A DNA stretch of 63,231 bases, the filler included, from Octopus bimaculoides (taxonomy: Eukaryota), in the NCBI RefSeq assembly GCF_001194135.2. It is 7 parts of 5 records of this genome, joined end to end, with 100 filler letters (N's around TTAATTAATTAA, not from the genome) between each part and the next. Parts side by side here need not be neighbours in the genome. Positions count along the whole stretch, not along the records: positions 1 to 31,533 come from NC_068983.1; positions 31,634 to 36,449 come from NC_068982.1; positions 36,550 to 40,859 come from NC_068982.1; 4 more parts are not named here. One strand, 5' to 3'. Made by a program: the position numbers and the translations under genes. The notes under the pieces were generated by a model, which worked only from the letters and a program-made list of their open reading frames with translations, searched no databases and was not told the DNA's origin. Shown here piece after piece: positions 25,178-38,631 of the stretch. Position 1 is the stretch's first letter. Each line of letters starts with the position of its first letter.

Positions 25178-25230
<53 letters not shown>

Positions 25231-25817
25231 TTCCTAGGTTTATATATTTAAATGTATGTAAACCACTTAGTACAGATCGCATTTATAATACATATATATA
25301 AATATATATATAGTTTTAGCTTGACTTAGAGCAATCACTATAATCACTGATCAAACGGCGGTGCATTCAAGCAAAAAAAAAAGGGAAAAATGTAGATCAG
25401 TGCAAGATGAACTGGATCTAATTNNNNNNNNNNNNNNNNNNNNNNNNNNNNNNNNNNNNNNNNNNNNNNNNNNNNNNNNNNNNNNNNNNNNNNNNNNNNN
25501 NNNNNNNNNNNNNNNNNNNNNNNNNNNNNNNNNNNNNNNNNNNNNNNNNNNNNNNNNNNNNNNNNNNNNNNNNNNNNNNNNNNNNNNNNNNNNNNNNNNN
25601 NNNNNNNNNNNNNNNNNNNNNNNNNNNNNNNNNNNNNNNNNNNNNNNNNNNNNNNNNNNNNNNNNNNNNNNNNNNNNNNNNNNNNNNNNNNNNNNNNNNN
25701 NNNNNNNNNNNNNNNNNNNNNNNNNNNNNNNNNNNNNNNNNNNNNNNNNNNNNNNNNNNNNNNNNNNNNNNNNNNNNNNNNNNNNNNNNNNNNNNNNNNN
25801 NNNNNNNNNNNNNNNNN

Positions 25818-25864
<47 letters not shown>

Positions 25865-27217
25865 CATATCTTTTTCAAGGTGGTGCCCCAGTATGGCCAC
25901 AATCTTATGACTGAAACAAATAAAAGATAAAAGATAAAACACACACACACACACACACATTCAGATATCTACAATTATTTCTCAAATTACATCAGCAATG
26001 AATATTCAAGCAAGAAATTTACAAGTGCACATGAACTGCAATATAACTCAATATATTTCGGTGCTGTATAACTCAATATGATATGTAGGTTAAGTGGTAA
26101 AAAGAAAAGAAACCTATCTCGAGGCATATTTTAAATTATAATGTACATTTTCTCACCTGGACTTACTGCACTCAGTGATATGTGTCCCGAAGCCTCAACC
26201 AATAAAAAGAGAAATACGAGTGGATTTGAATATATCCACACTCTCTACACACAAGATCAAGTCTCACAGGATGTACACAAACTGGAGAAGATCGTAAAGT
26301 TACTGACATAATTGTTTCTTAACATACATAAGGAATGTAAATTTATTATCTTTAAAATAATGCCATTGTTTCGTAGTAAATAGGTATGCGTGTTGAAAGA
26401 AAATCAATATCATGAATTTTCGTTAAGTAAGCAAGCTGAACATTTATAAATTTGTTACGTCGCTGAAAATAACTTATTGACACTTTTCAAAGATGCCTCC
26501 TTCATCAATATTAGAATATAGGTAAATTTGAAAATATAAAATTTATCAACTAGAACACATTCAATAAATATGCTAATCAATTGTATAAATTACATAATGA
26601 GCCAATCAATTATACAAATTTGATAATGATGCCCCATAGGTCATTATTTTATCCCGTATAAACAATAGAATTAATTTACAATAAATTAATGATATTTTTC
26701 ATCATAAGCGTACTAACAGAAACAGATTATTATGATTCCTTTATGCCTCTTTATATGTTAATTTCATTAACAAAAGATAAAGGTTTTTGATCATAAAAAT
26801 TTAAAGCAATAAATTTCGATTCAGAATAATTATAGGAATATCAACCTTTAGCGTCCTCTCATTTCTTCTAACAAGAAACCAGACGTTTTATTACAGTACT
26901 ATTGAATTCTGGAGACATAGGACCGATGAAGTTTTTGAAGGTGTTTTTAGCTGTTTCTATTAGATTTTAAAATATTTTTCTATGTAGTAAATTATAGGTA
27001 GTCATTCGAAAAGAGATCTTGGAAGTAAACTTGGTAAGCTAGAGTTTCTGCAGTGTTATTTACGAGAAATGTGATCAGGAGTTGGCATGGAGAAGAACTA
27101 ATTCCTCCACTCTATCTTTCTCTGTCACTGGTATCACCACTTCTGCACTTTGTTCTTCACTTTTCTTCTCTTCCTCTTCGTTTTCCTTCGGAGGGAACTG
27201 TGTCTGTCTGTCTGTCT

Positions 27218-27407
27218 GCCTTCCTGTCTGTCTGCCTGTCTGCCTGTCTGTCTGTCTCAAATATATGCACACACANNNNNNNNNNNNNNNNNNNNNNNNN
27301 NNNNNNNNNNNNNNNNNNNNNNNNNNNNNNNNNNNNNNNNNNNNNNNNNNNNNNNNNNNNNNNNNNNNNNNNNNNNNNNNNNNNNNNNNNNNNNNNNNCC
27401 TCCCTCC

Positions 27408-27471
<64 letters not shown>

Positions 27472-27476
27472 GTCTG

Positions 27477-27548
<72 letters not shown>
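27218..27548. repeat. (TGTC)n and (TATC)n tetranucleotide microsatellites around a gap
   Basis: Direct inspection; a similar pair occurs at ~887-970. Confidence 0.95.
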
Positions 27549-27549
<1 letters not shown>

Positions 27550-28805
27550 ATGTAAACCAATGTCTTAATTATTTTCTCGATAACTAACGAGTAGTGCTAC
27601 AGTTGGATCAAAATATATCCTATGAGGGAACTTGTAACAAGTTCCACACATTATGAAGGAATACGACGCAAGGAACATTCCGTATACAATAAGCAGTGTC
27701 CCACATTGTACTTGCTGTACCAGTATTAACGTCAAAATTTACACGTTATTTTATGGACGAATCCATATATAGATGAATCCAGACTATTAATGTTAAAACA
27801 TAAAAACCTTTAATCTACCCCCAGAATTTCCACATCTACTTAAAAAGAAACAAGGTGGCGGATACTTAACATCGATTGAAATAGCATTTGAATATCGTCT
27901 TGCCCCTTCATAAGCGTTTCCTAACCGCCAAGTGTTGAAGTTGCTTCATGTATTCAGGCTGTCTGAATACATAAAATAGATGACATGAGCAGGGAAAGAG
28001 CATTTCTAATAGTATTCCCTGACTGATGAGCTAAGAAACTCACATAAGGAAGTTGCATGACTCTACAACAAGCAGTCATGAGAGGAAAATCTGTAAGCAT
28101 GTCAGTAGAAGGTCATGCGTAACTATGTAGTCAGGAAGCTTTAAATTAGCTGCATAGATAATCAGTAAGTTTATCTTGAATTAGCAACCAGGACAGCTCA
28201 CAGTTTGATGGGTGTGCTTTTGCAATACAAGAATAAGAAATAACAAAATCTCGGATGTACAAAAGGGATAAGATGCAGATAAAACACCTAGATATAGATT
28301 CTGCAGAATTAATTCTGTAGACGACAATTATTTCAGAAGTGGTTGTCAAAAAATGTCAACTCCATTATATCTATGAGTGAGACATGTCGTTGTATCCAAA
28401 ACATTGTACAATGCAGTACATAGAAAAGATAAGTCTAAGGGCAGAAAAAAAACAGAAGTTACACAGATGTGGATAGGATAACAGTGGTGGAATTTTCGTG
28501 TTTAGCCGTGCTTACTGTCTAAGGACGTCTTTCAGAGTTCAGTTTGATATGTTTCTCATATATAGTCTTCACGGAGAATATCTTCTCCAAGGCAAATACT
28601 GGAGTTAATGCTGTTCCACGTTTCAATGTACACAAGTGCGTTAAATAGAAATGTACTCAGCTTTATTTTAACCGTCACTTCTAGATGTACTTCGTAATTA
28701 ATTCCATCGTGACAATGTTTTGCACATGCTAGCAAATGTACTTTTTTTCTGCTTACATATAAGAACGGAAGTTATTATTGTGTTATGTATAACTGAAGCT
28801 GTTTC

Positions 28806-28848
28806 TGAAACTGATGAAACGTGTATATGAAGAAACGTGCGTCTTACA
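28806..28848 (+). ncRNA. Degenerate hammerhead-like motif
   Basis: TGAAA-CTGATGA-aacgtgtatatgaa-GAAAC-GTGC-GTC^TTACA; core and GUC intact, stem II not formable. Confidence 0.35.
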
Positions 28849-29569
28849 CCTCGTTTATGTCATTTAGAACCCATTTGATCTGTTTTTGCACACACGGTCT
28901 ATACGTCTATAATTGGATCCTGACTCAACACCCTTCAAAAAGACACATCGGGTAGCATTAACTACAAAGTTTTCTCTGTATTTTGTTCCTGAAAATATCA
29001 AGATTAGAACGCATTTTATGAGAGACCTGGCCCATCAGTATCGACTTGGTGATAAGCCACATACTAAGAAGAAACAACATATACAAATATGTGAATAATT
29101 TAATTTAAATCAACAGAGATGGAGGGAGGTGGAGAGAGAAATGGAAACTAAGTGTAAAAAGAGAAAGGGTTAAAACGGGAAAGAGAGAATACGCTGAACA
29201 GAAATACATTATTTATGAATCATAACTTCAGTCAGGTGCTAAACGTAGAAAAAATGTGAATACATAGAATATAAAGAATTCAGAATACAAATGAAAAAGA
29301 ATAGATTACATGAGAAAAATGAATTAGTCATCCATATTTTGAAGTCGTTGATCCAGTGTGGCCTTTATCAGATTACTAAAAGAAATTAAAGAACTAGAGA
29401 ATCATACACATACATACATACATACATACATATACAAAAAATAAATACAAATGTAAATACATGCACACATTTTATAAGTGTATGTGTATTTATATTTCTG
29501 TGTTTGGATGTTGACATATATATATATCTGTAGATATTTTAATGAATTATTATATATACCTGACCACGA

Positions 29570-29614
<45 letters not shown>

Positions 29615-31295
29615 NNNNNNNNNNNNNNNNNNNNNNNNNNNNNNNNNNNNNNNNNNNNNNNNNNNNNNNNNNNNNNNNNNNNNNNNNNNNNNNNNNNNNN
29701 NNNNNNNNNNNNNNNNNNNNNNNNNNNNNNNNNNNNNNNNNNNNNNNNNNNNNNNNNNNNNNNNNNNNNNNNNNNNNNNNNNNNNNNNNNNNNNNNNNNN
29801 NNNNNNNNNNNNNNNNNNNNNNNNNNNNNNNNNNNNNNNNNNNNNNNNNNNNNNNNNNNNNNNNNNNNNNNNNNNNNNNNNNNNNNNNNNNNNNNNNNNN
29901 NNNNNNNNNNNNNNNNNNNNNNNNNNNNNNNNNNNNNNNNNNNNNNNNNNNNNNNNNNNNNNNNNNNNNNNNNNNNNNNNNNNNNNNNNNNNNNNNNNNN
30001 NNNNNNNNNNNNNNNNNNNNNNNNNNNNNNNNNNNNNNNNNNNNNNNNNNNNNNNNNNNNNNNNNNNNNNNNNNNNNNNNNNNNNNNNNNNNNNNNNNNN
30101 NNNNNNNNNNNNNNNNNNNNNNNNNNNNNNNNNNNNNNNNNNNNNNNNNNNNNNNNNNNNNNNNNNNNNNNNNNNNNNNNNNNNNNNNNNNNNNNNNNNN
30201 NNNNNNNNNNNNNNNNNNNNNNNNNNNNNNNNNNNNNNNNNNNNNNNNNNNNNNNNNNNNNNNNNNNNNNNNNNNNNNNNNNNNNNNNNNNNNNNNNNNN
30301 NNNNNNNNNNNNNNNNNNNNNNNNNNNNNNNNNNNNNNNNNNNNNNNNNNNNNNNNNNNNNNNNNNNNNNNNNATATATATATATATATATATAACTTAC
30401 TGTCATGTTAAGGTAAGATCAACAATAACGGTACTCCATCCAGTGAGAGAGAAATATTTAATGTGCACAGTATAAAAATATGAGCTACAAGTAGTTTCTT
30501 GTTCAGGAAACTTGCGTCTCGACAGGTTTTTAAAAACACGCAATATTGTCTCCAAGCAATATTGAAGCTCTGAGCACATGGTCTCTTTTATTTGAAAATC
30601 AGGGCGCTGTTACATGGGGAATTGCGAGAAAAAAACGTGAAGGTTGATGCAAAAAGTATGGGGTTTGAAGACCAATTAATTGCTCACCATATACAATCAA
30701 GTGGAGATTCGTAAAAAAAAAATCCGTGCCATATGTTAATTGTTCTAAGAAATGCAAGTTATACGCTGCTGAAAGGTTGCATTTCTTTTTAGATCTATGA
30801 ATTCCATCAGACTATCGAATTCCGTATCCGAATTTTTTTTAGCAATTGCAAAGATATGGATACACTTTTTTTGACAAACTGGAAAACTCCACCCATTCCG
30901 GACTGAGCAGCTGTCGTGCAGACCTCGGATCCATCTCCGTTAAATTATTATGCAACAACTAGCTTAATTATGGCTTTACGGTGGAAGGGGACATAACTTA
31001 ATTGTCTTTTTCTTCTTTTTCCGTTTTTTTTTACCCTTCCACTGTTTGCATCAGCCTTCTTGCCTTTTCTCGTCATTTCTATTGTACCAGCGTCCTCTTT
31101 TCCACTTCGAATAAACCATGTGCTCAGAGCCTAAAGGTATTTTGGAGACACAAGGCGTGTAATAAAAAGACCCTGACTAGACAGATGTTTCCACAATAAG
31201 AAACTATTAGTAGTTCCTATCCATTACACTGTGTACATTAAATGATATTTATTTCCCACTGGATGGAATGCTTTTTTGTTGATCTTGTCTTAACG

Positions 31296-31359
<64 letters not shown>

Positions 31360-31364
31360 TTTGC

Positions 31365-31533
31365 GAGCTGCCGCTGAGCAAGGGCCGAAATTTGACACCA
31401 ATAGAACCTTCCCTGAGTAATGAAACAACCTTCATGCCAAATTTGGTGCAAATTGATCCAGCGGTTTGGTCGTGCATAGAGGAAACACACACACACACAC
31501 GCACTCACACACACACACACGCACTCTCACACA
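31365..31533 (+). mobile_element. Helitron/Helentron (DINE-1/Lep1-like) non-autonomous remnant
   Basis: catgccaaatttggtgcaaattgatccagcggtttggtcgtgcatag followed by an (AC)n tract, as recalled for such elements. Confidence 0.5.
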
Positions 31534-31633
31534 NNNNNNNNNNNNNNNNNNNNNNNNNNNNNNNNNNNNNNNNNNNNTTAATTAATTAANNNNNNNNNNN
31601 NNNNNNNNNNNNNNNNNNNNNNNNNNNNNNNNN
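31534..31633. other. Artificial 100-bp gap marker N44-TTAATTAATTAA-N44 (12-mer at 31578, also 36494, 40904, 46625, 53720, 62025)
   Basis: Identical self-complementary 12-mer giving stops in all six frames, always embedded in N. Confidence 0.95.
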
Positions 31634-31739
31634 CACCAACAATAATGTTACACCACCAACGCCATTACTACAACAATAACATCAACAACAGTCACAGGAC
31701 TACTGCCAAAAGGAATCTTTAAAATATATTCCCAGTCAT

Positions 31740-31777
31740 AACAGTAGCATTATCATCATCAGCATCAGCATCAACTT

Positions 31778-31841
<64 letters not shown>

Positions 31842-32208
31842 TGTAGTAGTAGTAGTAGATAGAGGTGGAGGCGGTGGTGGTAGTTGTCGACGTTGTGGTG
31901 TTGATTGTTATGGTTGCAATCGTCGTTGTAGTAGTAGTTGCACTAGTAGCGGCAATAATAACAGAAATCTTATCAGCAGCAGCCGCAGCAGCAGTAGTAA
32001 TAGTAGTAATAGTAGTAGTAGTGGTGGCGGTCGTGGTGGTGGCTGTTATAGTAGTAGTAGTTGTAGTAGTAGTAGTAACAGCAGCAACCTGAACAACAGT
32101 AGCTGTAGTAGGAGTAGCGGTAGTAGTATTAGTTGCAGCAGCCGGAGTAGTAGTCGTGGTAGTGGCAGTTGTAGAAGCTGCAGCCGTAGTAGTAGCAGCA
32201 GTAGCAGC

Positions 32209-32249
<41 letters not shown>

Positions 32250-32730
32250 CGGCGGCAGCAGCAGCAGTAGTAGTAGTAGTAGTTATAATACCATGCATAG
32301 TACGAGTAGCGATAACGGAGTCATTGCAGCAGCAGAAGAAGTAGTAGATGCAGCAGCAGTAGTAGTAGTAGTAATGGTAGTAGCAGTGCAAATAATGCTG
32401 GTGGTAGAAGTATTGTTATAGCAGTAGACTTGCTCAACTTCCTTCATTTACCTCCACAACATTGCTAACCACCACCACCACCACCGCCACCACCACCAAA
32501 CTCACCAAACCATCGTCATAACCATCATTATCACCATCATGACTACGTCAACCCTTAGCAATCTATCATCACTACCATCATCTTTATCACCAATTTTATC
32601 ACCACCACCAATAACACCACCATCACAAACAAGAAGGACACGTCACTAACACCACTACCACCAACATCGCCACGAAGACCTCATTCCCTACACCACGACG
32701 ACGACGATGACCAACACCACCACCACTACC
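31740..32730. repeat. Compound trinucleotide microsatellite field (CAG, TAG, GTG, CAC, CAT)
   Basis: Direct inspection. Confidence 0.95.
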
Positions 32731-32774
32731 ACCCTCGTTAGTCCTTGTTTTACGCTATGATTACTAGGACAGTG

Positions 32775-32985
32775 CAGGCGCAATGGCCCAGTAGTAAGGG
32801 CAGTGGACTCGCGGTCATAGGATCGCGGTTTCGATTCCCAGACCGGGTGTTGTGTGTGTTTATTGAGCGAAAACACCCAAAGCTATTGAAGTACTCAGCC
32901 ACTTTAACGTTAATTTTACGAGCAGGCCGTTCCGTCGATCTGATCAACTGGAACCCTCGTCGTCCTAACCGACGGAGTGCCAGCT
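32775..32985 (+). mobile_element. tRNA-headed SINE, family C, internally deleted
   Basis: ggcgcaatggcccagt...cggtttcgattcccagaccggg head joined to the cacttt..cgttaattttacgagcagg...cgacggagtgcca tail. Confidence 0.85.
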
Positions 32986-33096
32986 TTTTTAAACTTTTTA
33001 ATCAACACCATCACTATCATCATAGTCTTAATATATTGATTGACTGCTAAATCCACAAGTTCTTTTTTTTTATTCTCTCTGATTATTTCCTCGTGT

Positions 33097-33135
33097 TCCT
33101 TTATGTTGAAGAGCGTAGGCTCGAAACGTAAAAGA
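33097..33135 (+). ncRNA. Minimal hammerhead-like motif with altered core
   Basis: tccttt-atgttgaa-GAGC(gtag)GCTC-GAAAC-GTA^aaaga: perfect stem II, palindromic ACGT stem III; CUGAUGA box degenerate. Confidence 0.35.
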
Positions 33136-33496
33136 CTTTCTCACCTTCCCGAGCGACAAACTAATACACTTGCTTGTTGTTTACACATCTGTCTTTGTCT
33201 TTTGTTTTTATATATATATATATATATATATATNNNNNNNNNNNNNNNNNNNNNNNNNNNNNNNNNNNNNNNNNNNNNNNNNNNNNNNNNNNNNNNNNNN
33301 NNNNNNNNNNNNNNNNNNNNNNNNNNNNNNNNNNNNNNNNNNNNNNNNNNNNNNNNNNNNNNNNNNNNNNNNNNNNNNNNNNNNNNNNNNNNNNNNNNNN
33401 NNNNNNNNNNNNNNNNNNNNNNNNNNNNNNNNNNNNNNNNNNNNNNNNNNNNNNNNNNNNNNNNNNNNNNNNNNNNNNNNNNNNNNNNNNNNNNNN

Positions 33497-33528
<32 letters not shown>

Positions 33529-33720
33529 AATGAAATATTCAAAACTGAGATTTGAAGTTAGATGTCACTACTGTTATTATCATCTGTGGATAAATTCAAA
33601 ATTTGATGATATCACCAGTAGTAGCATTGGTGGAACGCAGTTATGATAGCTTTATCGAGCTATGAAATATCGTAATGATGCTTAATGAGCATCTACCTGC
33701 TAGAAATAAGAGCCAAGTCT

Positions 33721-33752
<32 letters not shown>

Positions 33753-33908
33753 CACACACATATCGTCATGCCCACCACCATTCTTACCATTTTTACTATC
33801 ATGATCATAAACACTATCATCTGCATTTTTATTTTTACTACCACCACCGCCGCCACCTCCACCACCACCACGATCACCATCATCATCTTTCTCTTTCCAC
33901 TATTCCTC

Positions 33909-33952
<44 letters not shown>

Positions 33953-33980
33953 ACAGCAGCAGTAATAGTAGTAGTAGCTA

Positions 33981-34029
<49 letters not shown>

Positions 34030-34548
34030 CGATGATGATGATTGAACTGACGTTGTCTAGATCCAGATCTCTCCTGATCAAGTTAACCTAAGATGACATT
34101 CCGTCATGTGTCATATATGAGGACTGCACTCTGCTATACTTATACAAGACGGTAGCTGCTATTTCTAGTAGATGTAGCCACTGCGTAATGTCTCCCATGT
34201 TGACTTATAAATCTTTGTTCTTTTTTTAATGATGTTCTTCTACTAGTCAGAAGGGGAAGGGCTGCGTGCGTACATGCCTCCTTTCCCGGGGCCGTAACTG
34301 ATGAAAAGCAAAAGGTGAGATTGTTCTCAAACTGGGGACCTGGTCCAAGTGCTTACAACAGAATGAACTCCACCGAAGACATCCGCCTTGTCCTAGAACG
34401 ACGGATCACGTATATTCGAGTTAGACGTCGTATAAAACGCACTTATCCGGGCAAAATGTCTCAGAAAAACCACCCCTAGTGCTATATGCAAAATTAGGCT
34501 TATATTACATTCTTTAATGCACAAATAAACTTTATATTTTTAAAAATA

Positions 34549-34948
34549 GGAGTGGCTGTGTGGTAAGTAGCTTGCTTACCAGCCACAAGGTCCTGGGTTC
34601 ACTCCCACTGCGTGGCACCTTGGGCAAGTGTCTTCTACTATAGCCTCGGGCCGACCAAAGCCTTCTGAGTGGATTTGGTAGACGGAAACTGAAAGAAGCC
34701 CGTCGTATATATGTATATATATATATGTATGTATGTGTATGTGTTTGTGTGTCTGTGTTTGTTCCCCCCAACATCGCTTGACAACCGATGCTGGTGTGTT
34801 TATGTCCCCGTAACTTAGCGGTTCGGCAAAACAGACCGATAGAATAAGTACTAGGCTTACAAAGAATAAGTCCTGGGGTCGATTTGCTCGACTAAAGGCG
34901 GTGCTCCAGCATGGTCGCAGTCAAATGACTGAAACAAGTAAAGAGAGT
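34549..34948 (+). mobile_element. Family A SINE, full length
   Basis: Near-identical to 8453-8850. Confidence 0.92.
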
Positions 34949-35206
34949 ATGCGCTGCTGAAATTTGGGTTCGTCTAATGCGCTCGTGCGTCTTCTATACC
35001 ATAAAATATGGGACCTTAAAACAATAACGAGGCCTTCTGACGAGTTTCATTCGTTCTCCGACTTCCAAATATGTATTGGAATCAATACAAAACATCAAGG
35101 TTAATGGTAAAAGAGATTTGCTGAACGTGCTGTAGACTGGGATCAAGCCCGTAACCACGGAGTTCCAAAGCAAACGTTTTAACCACACAGCCGCGAAAGC
35201 GTTTTT

Positions 35207-35512
35207 CTCTCTTTACTCTACTCTTTTACTTGTTTCAGTCTTTTGACTGTGGCCATGCTGGAGCACCGCCTTTAGTCGAGCAAATCGACCCCAGGACTTA
35301 TTCTTTGGAAGCCTAGTACTTACGGGGACATAAACACATCAGCATCGGTTGTCAAGCGATGTTGGGGGACAAACACAGACACACGCACACACGGCTTTGG
35401 TCGGCCCGAGGCTATAGTAGAAGACAATTGCCCAAGATGCCACGCAGTAGGACTGAACCTGGGACCATGTGGTTGGTAAGCAAGCTACTTACCACACAGC
35501 CAATCCTGCGCC
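35207..35512 (-). mobile_element. Family A SINE with two internal deletions
   Basis: Reverse complement of head and tail of family A. Confidence 0.9.
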
Positions 35513-36052
35513 TTTCTCATAATTCCTTTCATTTCTATTGTTTTCGTTTTCGTTTTCTTTATCTTCATCTTAGTTTTACTCATGATTTCGGTCCTATGAT
35601 GACTGTTGCCTTGCTCATAACTTATTTCTCCTCTCTTCCTTCCCTATTACTCCTCTCCTCCTCCCCATACTACTACTACTACGTTGGTCGAGTAACTGAA
35701 ATAATGGTGTTTGTGAGTTGTTTACGTGAAAGATGGTTGGTTTAATATAAGAAGACATTTAAACTGTATGTTGTCAGATTTACAAAAGCTTATTTCGAAA
35801 AATCATTTGACCGATATCTTACTTACGTTTCAGGTGGCTCCAACAATATGAAATTGTACCAGATATGTCAGACAGTTCACTGTGTCACTTAAACAACACA
35901 CTTAATGCTATTTGTGGCCCAAGTGTTTTCACGATATTAAAATCAGTGTCGAATTAACTCCAAAACAACAGCAGCATACAAGACAAGCCCCGCATTTTCA
36001 GAGACCCTGCACTAATTACATTACTACTATTGCACTATACTATTTAAGCATG

Positions 36053-36449
36053 TGGAGGCGCAATGGCCCAGTGGTTAGGGCAGCGGACTTGCAGTCATAG
36101 TATCGCGGTTTCGATTCCCAGACCGGGCGTTGTGAGTGTTTATTGAGCGAAAACACCTAAAGCTCCACGTGGCTCCGGCAGGGATGGTGGCGAAACCAGC
36201 TGTACTCTTTCATCACAACTTTCTCTCACTCTTACTTCCTGTTTCTGTTGTACCTGTAATCCAAAGGGTCAGCCTTGTCACACTGTGTCACGCTGAATAT
36301 CCCCGAGAACTACGTTAAGGGTACGCGTGTTTGTGGAGTGCTCAGCCACTTGCACGTTAATTTCACGAGCAGGCTGTTCCGTTGATAGGATCAACTGGAA
36401 CCCTCGACGTCGTAAGCGACGGAGTGCCAACAACAGCAACAACAGCAAC
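36053..36449 (+). mobile_element. Family C SINE, full length, (CAA/CAG)n tail
   Basis: tRNA-like head GGCGCAATGGCCCAGTGGTTAGGGCAGCGGACT...GGTTTCGATTCCC. Confidence 0.92.
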
Positions 36450-36865
36450 NNNNNNNNNNNNNNNNNNNNNNNNNNNNNNNNNNNNNNNNNNNNTTAATTA
36501 ATTAANNNNNNNNNNNNNNNNNNNNNNNNNNNNNNNNNNNNNNNNNNNNATACATATTGGCATGTGTCTGTATTTATATATACATATATGTATATGCGTA
36601 TATATGTATACGTGTGTGTTTATGTATATATATCTGTATATCTGTATCTATATGTATGCATATATATGTGTCTATATGTATGTATGTACCATTGCATGTA
36701 TATATATAAATGTACGTACATAGAAAAAGAAAGCGAGGGAGATAGATATGGATGCGCACACATCTATATGTGTATAAAAGTGAGGTGCGTCGATTTCTAA
36801 AAGCAACTGAGTGAGAGAGAGAAGGGGGAGAGAGAAAAACAGAAAGAGAAAGAGAGAAGAAAAAC

Positions 36866-36923
<58 letters not shown>

Positions 36924-38595
36924 TGAGAAAGTGGTTGCTGAAGTGAGAAAAACGTGAACCAGTAGAGAGAAAATGTGTGAATGTGTGTATGTGTGTATGC
37001 ATATATGCATGGAAGTATATGTGTGCCTGTGTGTATGTATGTGTGTGTGTGTGCGTATACTTATATACATATAAATGCATATATACATAGATGTGTACAT
37101 ATTGATGCATATTTACATACATACATATACATATACATATACATATATATATATATATATATATACATACACACACGTATATACGTGCTAACATACACAC
37201 NNNNNNNNNNNNNNNNNNNNNNNNNNNNNNNNNNNNNNNNNNNNNNNNNNNNNNNNNNNNNNNNNNNNNNNNNNNNNNNNNNNNNNNNNNNNNNNNNNNN
37301 NNNNNNNNNNNNNNNNNNNNNNNNNNNNNNNNNNNNNNNNNNNNNNNNNNNNNNNNNNNNNNNNNNNNNNNNNNNNNNNNNNNNNNNNNNNNNNNNNNNN
37401 NNNNNNNNNNNNNNNNNNNNNNNNNNNNNNNNNNNNNNNNNNNNNNNNNNNNNNNNNNNNNNNNNNNNNNNNNNNNNNNNNNNNNNNNNNNNNNNNNNNN
37501 NNNNNNNNNNNNNNNNNNNNNNNNNNNNNNNNNNNNNNNNNNNNNNNNNNNNNNNNNNNNNNNNNNNNNNNNNNNNNNNNNNNNNNNNNNNNNNNNNNNN
37601 NNNNNNNNNNNNNNNNNNNNNNNNNNNNNNNNNNNNNNNNNNNNNNNNNNNNNNNNNNNNNNNNNNNNNNNNNNNNNNNNNNNNNNNNNNNNNNNNNNNN
37701 NNNNNNNNNNNNNNNNNNNNNNNNNNNNNNNNNNNNNNNNNNNNNNNNNNNNNNNNNNNNNNNNNNNNNNNNNNNNNNNNNNTATATATATATACATGTA
37801 CATATATATATGTACACATACATATATATTTATGCTTATTTTGTTTATATGTATATATATACATATATATATATATATACATACACACACGTATATACGT
37901 GCTAACATACACACATGCAACTAACTGAACTGAAAACGGGAACGAGATAGTGTGACGGACAGATAATCTATGAATGAGCAAATATTTGACAGGAAGAAGG
38001 AAGGAAACAAATGCAAAGGAGTGAAATAGGAAAATGAAAGTGTTTATGTGCGCATGCGTTTGCATGTGAATGTGTGTTGCTCTTAGGATTGCAACGCTGT
38101 GTGATTTCAGATGTGTTTTGCGACATGCATCGTTGCTTTGTAGGTATACGGCAAAAAAAAACAAACAAACAAACAATGAATTGTGAAGATAAATAAAACA
38201 ATATGAATAATAAAGGTATGGAAAATAAAACAGTGAGCTTTTGAGGAAATCTGCTCCACTTCAGTATAACTGTTTGTGTTTAGTGATAACATATCACGCC
38301 CACAACAATGGCAACTGGAGAAACAGCATAGAGCAACAATAGCTATAATATCAACAACGGCCCTCAAGAACAATGACGGCCATTACTAAAAATTAATAAT
38401 TTCCCTCGCAATATGAATAAATATGAACGACGATAACAACAAGAAAAATAATAACAGCAGCAAATATAAATAAACAACATTAAAAACAGCATGAGCATGA
38501 ACAAGAATAGTAAACACCATCAACAACAACCACAGCAACGACCCGTAGAACCTTTCAGATTCAGAATCAGAATTCATCCCCATTACCAACACTAG

Positions 38596-38631
<36 letters not shown>

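Noticed and set aside
28016-28050. ctgatgagctaagaaac as hammerhead (also ctgatgaaggg at ~62222-62232 minus)
   Set aside because: No formable stems or no GAAA/NUH in register.
31578-31589. Recurrent TTAATTAATTAA (six copies)
   Set aside because: Always flanked by 44 N on each side; artificial six-frame-stop gap marker, not biology.
31777-32391. 204-aa Thr/Ala-rich mucin-like ORF
   Set aside because: Translation of a trinucleotide microsatellite field; no splice or start context.
35834-35960. Acceptor tttcag|GTGGC as possible aquaporin exon 3 (GG start)
   Set aside because: Reads GGSNNMK...stop; no H-x-NPA.
36053-36125. tRNA-like sequences at SINE heads
   Set aside because: No complete cloverleaf or terminator; they continue into SINE bodies.
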